Source: Klebsormidium nitens (taxonomy: Eukaryota; Plantae; Klebsormidiophyceae). From it: DNA of 64,000 bases. Shown in pieces: positions 23,401 through 34,500 of this stretch. A program made the position numbers and the translations under genes. Under the pieces are notes generated by a model. The model was not told where the DNA came from. It searched no databases and was given only the letters and a program-made list of their open reading frames with translations. Where the stretch lies: the NCBI GenBank assembly GCA_000708835.1, contig DF237146.1, positions 62,001-126,000 on the forward strand, given 5' to 3'. Numbering within the stretch: the first letter of the stretch is position 1; each line of letters starts with the position of its first letter.

Positions 23401-24984
23401 NNNNNNNNNNNNNNNNNNNNNNNNNNNNNNNNNNNNNNNNNNNNNNNNNNNNNNNNNNNNNNNNNNNNNNNNNNNNNNNNNNNNNNNNNNNNNNNNNNNN
23501 NNNNNNNNNNNNNNNNNNNNNNNNNNNNNNNNNNNNNNNNNNNNNNNNNNNNNNNNNNNNNNNNNNNNNNNNNNNNNNNNNNNNNNNNNNNNNNNNNNNN
23601 NNNNNNNNNNNNNNNNNNNNNNNNNNNNNNNNNNNNNNNNNNNNNNNNNNNNNNNNNNNNNNNNNNNNNNNNNNNNNNNNNNNNNNNNNNNCCCATTTCG
23701 GGGGGCCGCTCCAGCCAGAGCTCCGTCGCCCCCGGGGCCGGGGCTGCGTCACCAGGACGATGATCTGCCGGACGTAGAGCTGCCACACCTGGGATCGTAC
23801 CAGCCGGTGAGCAAACCTGACGAACACTCCCGTTCAGGCGGTTAGTCTCAGTTAAAAGAGAGACTCGTTAGAGCAAATTGTTGCAAAGTTTGCAAGCGCA
23901 ATGGGAGACTGAGGCCGGACTGACCTTCCAAGCAAAGCGTTGATTATAAGATTCGGCAATAGTCTGCACTGTCAAAATTGGCTCAAGAAGCATGAGCGTG
24001 TGGACCGTCGGAGCGCATCAGAAGGAGCGCCGCAAGTGAATCCCGCTCAGGCAAGGAGGGACTCCAGAACCGCACAGCCGTCCAATCTTTTCTCAAAGGG
24101 TTCAATGCATCGGCCAGATTGAGAGCGATTCAGCATCGTCAATCTCAAATTCATCGAACGTATTGAAAATGTGGCCGGCCACATTGTGTGCATGTTCGCT
24201 GGCGCAGACCACTTCAAGCTTTCTGTGCAAACTGAAGCATTCGATCGTTATTTTCATCGAATGGCCTTGCGATTCGAGAGGCGCCGACAATTATGCGGCG
24301 CACCTCCTGGCATGCAGTATCTTGCTTCTTAAGTGTTGCCTTAGCAAAGTCACGAACCTGAATCGCACAGTAAAGTCAAGCATTAGATCTACAGACCCTA
24401 CATACTTTCAAGCTCGTCTCCATAGCCCGACACTTTAAGCGAAGCATCCCCTGCACGTGGGTCGAGCTAGGAGACAAAGTTGGTGCATCGGAAACGGACC
24501 CTCAGACTGGCACTCACGGTGCGTTCCTATGTTGCAGCTACGGCCGGCTCCCCGGCCTCCTGGAATCCTACCTCCTTTACCCCGGGGGCCTCCTCCAGCC
24601 CATGTTCAACCCCCCTTCCCGTACATGGGCCACACGCCCCCTCGGGGCCCACTCCCGCCCCTTCCGCCGGGCCCCCCTCCGCCCCACTTTCAGCAGATCG
24701 AGGGGCGGCCCGGCCCAGCGCCGTACCTGCCCCCACCCCCTCCCTTTCATGGGCCGTCCTCGACCCTAGGTGGAGCGCCGCAAAGGGGTCCTGAAAACAA
24801 CAGAGGGCGGCGGAGACGGGGGGGACGGAACCGGAAGCAAGGACCGGTTCTTGGAGGGGACCAGATGGGAGAGCGGGGGATGGCGCAGTGGCTGCAGGAA
24901 GAAGCGGGATCGGACTCGGATGGGGGAGGGGGCGAGCATGACGAGGCATTGGGCGAATGGCAGCCCCCTGGTAACGAGCGGTGA
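14485..24984 (+). CDS. PHD finger / zinc knuckle / TFIIS central domain / SPOC protein (PHF3-DIDO1-BYE1 type; plant BORDER-related)
   Basis: Exons 14485-14700, 15678-15738, 16180-16676, 17182-17391, 17998-18228, 18922-20190, 20834-21080, 21621-22744, 23212-23806 (contains the N gap) and 24538-24984. PHD: YCICRKPY...[16 protein letters not shown]...YVCPTC. TFIIS_M: EIEAALY...[23 protein letters not shown]...LARKEL...KKTHKGE. SPOC: LWEGNL...[11 protein letters not shown]...RVGYA...EVYIAPP. The C-terminus is Pro-rich. Confidence 0.9.
23282..23691. other. Assembly gap (410 N) inside a GC/Pro-rich exon
   Basis: Run of N. The reading frames on either side do not match, so the true gap length differs from 410. 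Confidence 1.
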
Positions 24985-26426
24985 AGTGCGCCAGGAAACG
25001 TGCGAGCACAGCACATGTATTGTAAAGATGCGATTTTAGCCATTTGGGAGGAATGGTCCGTGAAGAAGACTATAGATAGATTTTTAGCGTCTGTGAATGT
25101 CAGAAAGTCTTGTCCTTGAAAACCGGTCTTAGACAAACGGTTATTGGATACACTTGGTAGCTCGAAGTGTTTGAAAACCTAGAAAAGCAGCGATCTACCC
25201 ACGGTCTTTGAGATCCGTTGGGCGTTTAAGCCAGGATCTGGCACCCCCGGCCTGCCGAGAAGCGGCACCAAAATCACGTGTATTGCATGCATGATACCAG
25301 CTTGGACAACGGTCACGTCCAGCCCACAAACTAAGGCTGTGCAACATTATGAAAAATTAACCACTCATATGCATGAGTGAGTTACGGCCTCGGCCGGAAT
25401 TCGGCTGCGTACATCTGGCAAGCATTGAAGGCCGCCTACCAGAGCAGTGACTTGCGGCAACGGTGATGACCTGGGATTGGCCATGAGGCTGCCGGCTAGC
25501 GGTGGGGGCGCCGCGCGCGGCCCTGCCGACGTACTGCATGTGCATATACGGGAACTTGAGCTGCATACAAGTATACAACAACGTCGGGCGTGACCGGCGC
25601 GGCCCGGCCCGCCCGCGTTCCTGATGTGGTATTAAAGTTTGAGAAGCTATATGCATGCCACTGGGATGCCAGAACGAGCCATTTGATCCGATCCAATCGT
25701 GTGCAATGGAAGCCCGAGTCGGACTCATGTATAATGTGCATATACGCCCGCCGGAGCTAGAGATCTTACACAGCAGTCGACAGCGGCTACGCGCCGGTAC
25801 CACCATGCATACGTATCATGTCAGTATCATGCATATGTCACATATACAGTGATCGGACTCCGACGTATCAATGAATGTCAAATATCATCTATTGTAAAGG
25901 CTTTTACAATATATCTAGCTCGAATATATAGCTAGTATACGCATGCGTTCGGACTAGCTGTCTAAGTTCGTATATAGGCATTCAATTCATCAACCTACTA
26001 GTAAGTCACAGTCGGAACGTATACTGTGAGTCCTGGGCAGCGGGGACCCATTGACACCATCATGTACACTATTTAGTATAAACATACACCATGAATGAAT
26101 ATGTTCATGTGTCAGTCACACTGCGCAATGCACCGAAAATCTAATTATATATGTGTCTAGCTGCATGCACCAACTTGGCAAGCAGCCGCCCGCCAAGGTC
26201 TTTTTGCCAAATCGATCGACCGTACGTGAGACGCCGCTCAACACGATCCCCAGATCATTCACGCGTGTCGTTGGGTTCGTTATAGCATCAATCATGCATA
26301 TTGCCCTGTGGTGCTCGCTGTCGATCCGCAATATCTGGAGTAACAATAAGTCCTGGACTTGAACTACTTACCCACAGAGCATTGTAAGGCTGGGTTGGGT
26401 CACGATTCGCTGGTTCCCACCAAGTA

Positions 26427-29400
26427 TTACGCACTCGCCGCTTGGAAGAGGCTCTGCATGGGCTGCTTGTCCATGCCTTGCGCGTTCCAGTCTTCTTGGA
26501 GCATCTCGAATAGCGGCGGCCGCTCGGGCACATTTGCAGAGTGGTCGGTCGCCTTCTGTTGGAAGAGAAAAGGTTGGCGGGGTTAAGCAAGCTAGCGTTG
26601 AGGATCCATAGCATCGTTTCCAGCGGGCTTCTGCCTCATGCAGATTCACGTCGCAACACTCAACCGGATCTGACCAGCTCATATCTGGAGACTTGAGCTA
26701 CTAACAATCCACTCCAGGCCGCAACAAAGGATAGGATATGTCCATTGTGGACCGAATAGGCGTAGCCCACGAAGTGTAGGATTATGGTTCTTTCCATGTG
26801 ATTGATCACGTTGTCTCTTTTTCTCCTGTTCCATCGAGGAATGCAACAATTTCTTGGCTGGTTCCAACTGTGCGGTCATTGGAAGTTTTCAGACCTCTTT
26901 TGGAGTGGATACGACGTGCGCATCAGAAACCAACTTGCGAATTTTACGACGTAGCCTTTGCAGAGGGTCGAGCATTTTGAAACTTTTTGATGATGGATCC
27001 GAGTCACACCCGCTGGAATATCTCTTTTACAAGGGTTGGCATCTGCTTGAAGCCCATCTCATTCTAACACCATCGACGTGTTCTTTTTGAAAGTTAGCAA
27101 TAACATATGACGTCACTGTGAAAAGCCTGTGGAAAGGTTTAGGAGCGGGACGCATCAAAGTCGTCGGCTTAACGACTGAAACCTACAACGAAGAACGGCT
27201 AATGAATTCCAGAAAAAACATCAACGATCAACGGGCAGCGATCCAAAGCGACTGATTGATAACGTGTCACCAGTCAGAAAACTTTCAGAAGCCGCCACTC
27301 AGTCCCGTTGACGGTTTCGGTGCGCTTGCCTTCTGTGGCGGTGTAGGCGCCCGCCCCTCTAGTTGTGGACAGTACAGCTTCAGGTCCTGCAACCGGGGGC
27401 TATCCCCGAGCGCTACTTGCGTGAGCTGGTCGCTCCAGACCATAAGCGTTTTCAGCTCGGGGCATTTCTCCAGGTGCAGGGTAGTCATGCCCCGGGCTTG
27501 AATTAAGGCGGTGGTTAGGTTGGGGCAGAGGGACAGGTTGACACTGACGAGTGTGGGGGACTGCGGGAAGAGCAGGACAAGACTCAAAGTGTCAGTCATG
27601 ATTGTGAATTCGATAACGGATCAAAGATGCAAATGAAGTAGAAAACGGAGGAGCCCAACGCTGGAGGAGCCGAACGAAGCGAAAACAATCGATTTCAGCT
27701 ACCCGTTCCGAGGACCCGTTTGCATACCGGCAGTGAGCTTCATCTGGTGCAGTATCTGATCTGCGTCATTCTTTAACCTTGTGAATCATGTTAAGTCCTG
27801 TTGGTGGAAGTCTCACTACGACGCCTCTCAAAACTCTCGCCACTCAATCTTGAAGTGTCGCGAAGCGTACGACCAATGCCGAGCCATCAGAAAGCAATCA
27901 TTTGAGGAGGGTGGGAGCGTTCAGAAAAGTAATTCTAGCAGCCTGAACTGGTGGGGTGGGTCGGGGAAATTCGAGTGGAACGTGTGCAAAGCAGACTGAC
28001 TATATTGTTCTGAAAGTTGCTAAGGTAACACCAACCCCAACCCAAATCGTTACTTGCTTCGTCTATCGACCCACCCTAGACGCCCAGATCAAATCGACGA
28101 ATCATTCCAGTATCCGTGAAGCTTTCTACGCTTGAAATTGAAGAGTTTTGTGAACAGCTCATCGCTCACCTGGACAAGGACGTACGACAGATTTGCGCAT
28201 GCGGACAGGTCGAGGTCCGTGAGGGCGGGGAACGGCGGCGAGAGGACGACACGTGTCAGCAGAGATGAGCCGCGCAGGGACAGACGGGTCTGCAGAAAAG
28301 AAGGAGCATCACGTGCTTGTCGCCGCAAAAGTGTGCGTAAATCAGTACTCTATCTTCGTCCTTTGATTTTCAAGTAACGTAATTCTAGGTTACGAGAGCG
28401 CAATCTGCATGTGCGCCGGATGACAGGTCCGGACAGAGTACTGACGTGAGCAAGTTCGTCGCTCGTTGGACTGCCTATATGTGCGTTGCTAGCCGTGGCT
28501 TCACCTGTCTGCCCAGCAGGATTGAATCTAAATGACGTGGTGATGAGATGACCTTAGGCGCCGTTAAAGCACCCATCTCTCATTTGGAGATGAGCCTTTC
28601 AATTTTGTTACCTCAAAATAGCATGTGCGAATGCGGGGACGGAGTCAAGTTGGTGGGTTTCAAAACCAGGGACGTTGCGGATATCGGAAGAAGATAGACA
28701 GAGCCCGTGAAAGCTCACCAGCTTAGGGCTCGCCAGCCGCACGAGCTCCGCTACGAAAGCGTCCCCCAATTTGTCGTCCCAGTGCACATGAATCTGCGGC
28801 GTCAGAGATGGGTGCACGTTCTGTCCGTTCTGAAACTTACCCAGAAGAAGAAATCCTTCTGCGCGGCGTCTACCGGCGCAAATTTGATTGTCAGATCGTT
28901 TGCCGTTGGGTTTGACTGAGCGTATGTTACTATGATTTCTTGGAACCATTGAAATTTGATAAGATAAAGGTTGAGAGAGGCCAGAGACGGTAAGGTTGGA
29001 AAAGCTTCAGGGGATTGCGCAGCTGGTAAGTACAGCCGGTAAGGAATCTGCTGAAACTAGTTCGGGAAGCTCTCCGGCTCTAAGTTCGGCGACGTAGCTG
29101 GTCTATTTTTAACACTACCCAGATTATCCTGCTCGGTCACACGAAAGCTACCTTGCTTGGCTTTGGAAGGGACCCACAAAATCAAACGGACTTCCAGCTG
29201 GCAACTTCTCCTAGCTGACCGGTAAATGCACCCATCCAGCCGGGAGTACTGCTCACTAGTTGGATTACCGCAAGGAGCGCAGCAAGGTAAGGAGCTACAC
29301 GCCTTCAAGATGTAAGCGAAATGCATTACACCGACCGAGATTTGCCTCCGAGGTCGGCGACGAGTCAGTTTTTCCCAATTTTACCTCTGTGCACGCCCCC

Positions 29401-30221
29401 AGGACTTGTTCCCTGAGGGCCTGCCACGTGGGCCAGAGCGCGGGGTCGGGGAGGACGGAAACGGACCGCTCCCAACGACCGGTAGCAATTGCCTGCGCGC
29501 CAGAAAACATAAGCAGCAACAACGACTTCAGATGTGTGGACTAAACTCTTGCGAGACGGGTCTTGCTGTTTGCAACCTGCAAGTCCGTAAGGGCAGAGCC
29601 ACTCGATCTAGCTCTTTGCTTTCGAAGCTGTGGCGAACACAAGGCGCTGATACCGCACCAGCTGTGAAAGCGACTGGACTCAGGACGTCTCAGGGGTGAC
29701 CATAGGATGGTTGAGCTCAACGGCCTCAGCTGTGCAAGAGCTAAGAGGAGCGGCTGGATACATGTTTATGGTTTCGAGACACACGTAGCTGGGCTGTTCT
29801 TTGCTTCATCATTTTCAATCTGGTCAAAATCAAAGAACACATGCAGATACCTTTCACCAACTCATCCTCAAGTTCGTGAAGTCATACGTAGATGTCGGAC
29901 AAAACTTCGCCAGATTTGCCCAGAAGCGGAACAGACGTTTCTTTCTGATTGTGCTGAAGGGCTCTGCCCTGAGTTCGCACTCCAGGCTAAAAGAACGGCC
30001 TACTCTCGAGCAGCATTCAACAAACTCAATCGACCTCAGCTTTTCAAGCATGTCCGCTCACAGAAGGTGTCCTCCTTCATTAACGCTTGCAAATTCCGGC
30101 GCGCTTCCAAGAGAAGCCTCACCTTTTCCCAGCCCGCGTCCCTACTCGGCTCTACGGGTTCCGCATTCTTCTTGCCTTTCTTGCCTTTCTTGCCCTTTCT
30201 CTTCTTCTCCTTTTTCGCCAT
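26427..30221 (-). CDS. Small leucine-rich-repeat protein (Cys-containing LRRs) with Lys-rich N-terminus, predicted 253 aa
   Basis: Exons 30221-30123 (MAKKEKKRKGKKGKKGKK...), 29492-29385, 28793-28719, 28289-28170, 27560-27330 and 26555-26427, all phase 0. LRR-like segments: LTRLSLRGSSLL, LTDLDLSACANL, LVSVNLSLCPNL, MTTLHLEKCPEL, LQDLKLYCPQL. The last intron needs a GC donor. Without it the ORF ends at 27285. Confidence 0.75.
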
Positions 30222-31581
30222 CCTTTTGAGTGTACAATAGCACGAACGGTTACCTCCAGATTGAGCAATCAAAAGGAGAAGAATTCTAATAGTATATCTT
30301 GCTCAGTTGGAAAGTTCAGTGATGCAAACTCGAATGCTCCTACGTTGAATCTTGAAGCAACTTCGTCACGGTGTGTCTCATGGCGCCTAGCGATTCCATC
30401 TTGGATGACACCCGGTGCTCTCAAGCTGTACGGTGTAGTATACGGCTGGTCCACCAGAACGAGAGCAGATCGACTGCCGTTACTAGAGGGCCGTTAGTGG
30501 GCTTGAAAGTCACACTGTCACACTATGACACTATCTGAAATTGGTTATGGATGATAAATCAAGATAGATTCAGGGCGCTTTGCGGCGCATTCATCTGTAG
30601 CAGCTTTATGCGCCGACTAGCTACCATGTTCTGATCTAGTAGCTCCCGAATGGGCGTGCTGGCGAAACGAGCGCAGGAAGCTAGCGACAGGTCACAGTAG
30701 GCCCTTCAACCGTGTGAAACCCAAATATAGGTACTGCCATAAGGGGGTCGTTCAACGGAAGATCCGATGCAACCGCTCCTTTTGTAAACACGAATGCCGA
30801 CGCTCTGAGCAGGCGGCCCTTTCCAGTCGTCGGTGAATGATCACGTCATCGTACCACTTTTGAGCGACGTCTTATATGACGTCAGGCTCGTCCCGGGCGC
30901 AGTTAGCAGACCCACGTGCCCTTGCCAAATCACTGCCGAGCCACGAGGCAGTTCCACGTGTCAATTGCGACCTCGTCGGACATTCGAATATTCGCATTCT
31001 GCAGCTGTGCCGTCTGCATGTTGCTCAATGATGCTTTTGCGGCCCGGGATTTGATCCTGATTTGCGCACACCGCAGCCAGACTGGGTATAATATGAAGTG
31101 ATCAGCAAAACAGACTGGAACGTAGAGAAGCAAGGTGGTGCTAGCCAGCTTGCCCCTGGCTGTAGGCAGGGGCGGCTGCCGCTACGTAGGCACTGTTGAA
31201 GCAGAGCGTCTTTTTGGCTGCATTGGGGTTTCTCTGATTGATGTAACCTTCCGGAGCCCATCTTGGTAAGCACTCACATTGATCAGAGCCGGTTCGGGAG
31301 GAGAACAGTGATGAATGCGAGCATTATAATTGCGTCAAACTTTTGGTACAGCAGTTGTCGTTTGTCATCAATAGGGGCTCTTTGTTTTGATCTGCGCTGT
31401 CAGTGTTGCTAGATAAAGTAGATTCTGTGGATGCACGTGAGCGGAGGAGCAAGGATCTCTGAGTTAGCTAACCAAAGCAGCCTTTCAAGGAACCCTGCAC
31501 TGCTCTTTGCGCTGGCTGAGCTGACAGCTGTCAGTTCCCATCAAAGTGCCCGTCATCAGTGCCGCGTGCACGTCATAAGCT

Positions 31582-34500
31582 ATGGCCCCCACCAAGCAGC
31601 TCCTGGGCCTCGCAGCTGTGCTCCTGCTGCTGAGTGTTCCGCACCTAGTTGCGCCAGTATCAGCGAGCAGCAGACTCCTGAAAGACAAAGAGTTGGCAGA
31701 TGTGGCGCCGGCGCCGTCCAAGCAAACACCACCGGCCCCTACACTAACTCCCACTTCAAACCCCGACCCCAACCCCGACCCCCTCCAGTAACCCAACATC
31801 GGGGCCTGCTGGGGTCTTTGCTAAGACCCCCTCTGCACCCCCAAGCCCAACTCCAAAGAAAACCCCCACATCGGCGCCTGCTCCGACGCCCGCTCCGGCA
31901 CCCACTGCGTTTAGTTGCAGTGTTCCGGGGGCCCCGGCAGGCTGCAATGTCACTCAGTGCTGCACCCCCCAGGGCAGGACAGCGTGAGTTGCACCCCACG
32001 TCTGTAGTATGTTGCCTTTTCAAGGAGCACTGCGGAACTTCGTTGGATTTGCTCAGCAATGCGTAATCTGAGTCGGTGTGTCCTTGTCAATCTGCATTGA
32101 GGTGGAGTGATGGCCATTGATTGGTGATTGTTGGTGTGCCCTGCCGGCCATGACGTCGGCATCGAGTGGGTGAGGCGGCAATCAAGTGTCGGCTCAACTG
32201 ATGAGAGGGACATACATCACAGCTCTGATTCGCTGGTGACCATTTGCCTTTGATGTGCCCATGCACTTCGAGAATAAGGTCATGCATACATGTACAGAGC
32301 TACAAGTTCTGTACTCAAGGAGAACATTCGTTTGATGTCTCTTACTAGAATACAGGAGCGTTCTGTCTCTGTGTCCAGGCCCACTCTCGAGCCTGGTGGT
32401 AACTGCTCTCTTCTATGTTACAATCACATTTTCCCGTGAGGCCCCTCAAACTCCTTGAAAAATGCCACTCACTTCCTAGTACAGCTCGGTAGCCACACGA
32501 TCAGAATACAGTCACATCACTCGCACCCGAAAAATCGCTGATCGCACTCTCCCATTATGTCGCAGTGGGGTAAGCAGTACGAACCCCCCAGGGTATGCTG
32601 TTGAGGGGGATCCCAATGTTGCACCACCCTTCAATCCCAATACGCCCTGGCAGATTCACACTCAGATTGGAGGTAAGGCTAGGAAAGGTTGTGATGGTCC
32701 ACCTAATTTGTTCCTGCTTCCTTACATGCAGCTATGCCCCGTAAGCTCTTCAGGCTGCAGTATACTGCTGAGTCTACAGGGTTTGCGCTAATGCATATCA
32801 ATCAGATAGGCTGAATTTCTTTACTCCTCCGCTATTGTGCTTGCTTGGCTCTGCAGACTTTGACCTGGCAAAGCGTTGCTTTCAGAAGCCATGTTCATTT
32901 GTCGAAAGTTTCTTACCCAGACAATTCATGGCTTTCAGCAACATCTTATGTCGATCTCTGACATGCACAGTTCCTTCTTCTAGCGTCTTACATTATGTGG
33001 CTGAAGCTTCTCAGGACGACTCTGCTGTCCATCAGTGTCCATTAGCCAATAGCTGACCTCCTATGTGCTTGCCTGAAGGCTTGATACGAAACAGAACGAT
33101 CTAAAACAGAACTTTCAATCCAACCCTGTCTGCAGGCTCGGCCCCTAACACTGCTCCCCAATCAGACCTTGGTTGCACTCAAGTCCGGTACGTTTGTCAG
33201 CTTAGCGGTGCACCCTTGATCTGAATGAAAGTTTTCTATCCTGTTCCTGTTTGCAGACTCGTCCTCAACCTCCATTACCTTCCTTTGGGCGACTGGGTCC
33301 TATGTGGCAGCCCCCTCCGCCGTTGACCCACTGCATGTTTGCCAGACCATTCCCTACAAGATGCAGATGGCTAGTAAGTGAAACGATTTCCTTTGCTCTA
33401 CAACACTGCCAGTTGAACATTAACACCAGTGCCAGGTGCCGTATAAGCAGGCGCCACATGGCAGCAGGTTGCGCACCGAACTGCCTTCATTCTGTCTGCA
33501 AAAGTCTCGTCAACACTTCAACGTTTGTGGCGCAAGCTAAAACTTGGAATATGTAGTATGAAGGGAGGGCGAGGGCTGGGCAACGGACGAATTCTGCGCA
33601 ATCACAAGGAGAACAATACTGGCAGCCCGGGAGCTCGGTCATTTCTCCGCTTGTTCAACCCCCTGACATTCCTTTGAGATTTTTGAGCAGTATGAGTGAA
33701 AGTGCGCAGAGGCTGCTGAAATATCCGCATCGCTGGATATCCATCAAAATGAGACGTTCGCCCCTGGTTAGCCATTTCCCTCTATAGACTGCTTGTTGCA
33801 TCATCATCATCATTACGCCCCCTGTTCGACGACGTTGTCGCACCAGCTGATGACATCAACCGTGCTGCTGCAGATCCAACCGCTTATCCCTTCGCCACGT
33901 GTGGGCTTGTTAGCGACCCCCTTGCCACCGCTGCGGACCCCGCAACCGGGCCGGGATCGTTCGTGTACTACAGCAGTTCGGACAGCAGTCTTCGGACGTT
34001 TAGCACGTCTGTCGCCGGCACCGCCAAGGTTTATCAGCAGGTAAGAGCGCTGAAGTCTAGAACCAAAGCTGGAAGAAGCTCAAGAGAGAACTTAAAAAGG
34101 CAATTTGCGTGTTTGGAAGTTCGGGGAGAGTTCAGGCATTGGCATCTTCTGGTCGCCGATCTAGAGTCGTATCGCGGCATGAGGTAGAGTTGCTGCGATG
34201 TGTCCAGGCATGCCGGGTTATTGAAGGGCCGCAATTTTAAGGTATGAGAATATTAAACTCGAGGTAACTTAGCGCTGGGTTAACAGCCAACTGTCGGCTT
34301 TGTGTGCAGCTCGGTGGTCTGGCTAACCAGGCCGGCCAGCAACCCGGAAGCAACCCTGGGTCAACCTACCGTTCCCCACTGCTTCACGCAGTTACGGTCC
34401 GGGGTTTCGCACCGGGTACCACTGTTTACTACAAGGTGAGGCATTCTCTTGAAGGCCCCTACTCGTGAGACCAACTGGGCGCTGTGAAACAGCCCACGTA

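Noticed and set aside
23129-23845. Several long ORFs in the track
   Set aside because: Artefacts of translating across the 410-N gap.
30793-30820. NADALSRRP resembling the end of a Gypsy RNase H domain
   Set aside because: The match is only about 7 residues, flanking sequence does not extend the similarity, and no other retroelement domain is nearby.
33136-33187. Candidate extra PAP exon (AG...GT flanked)
   Set aside because: Exons ending at 32672 and starting at 33257 already join in phase and give the canonical QIHTQIG-DSSSTSITFLWATG. The candidate does not fit the upstream phase.
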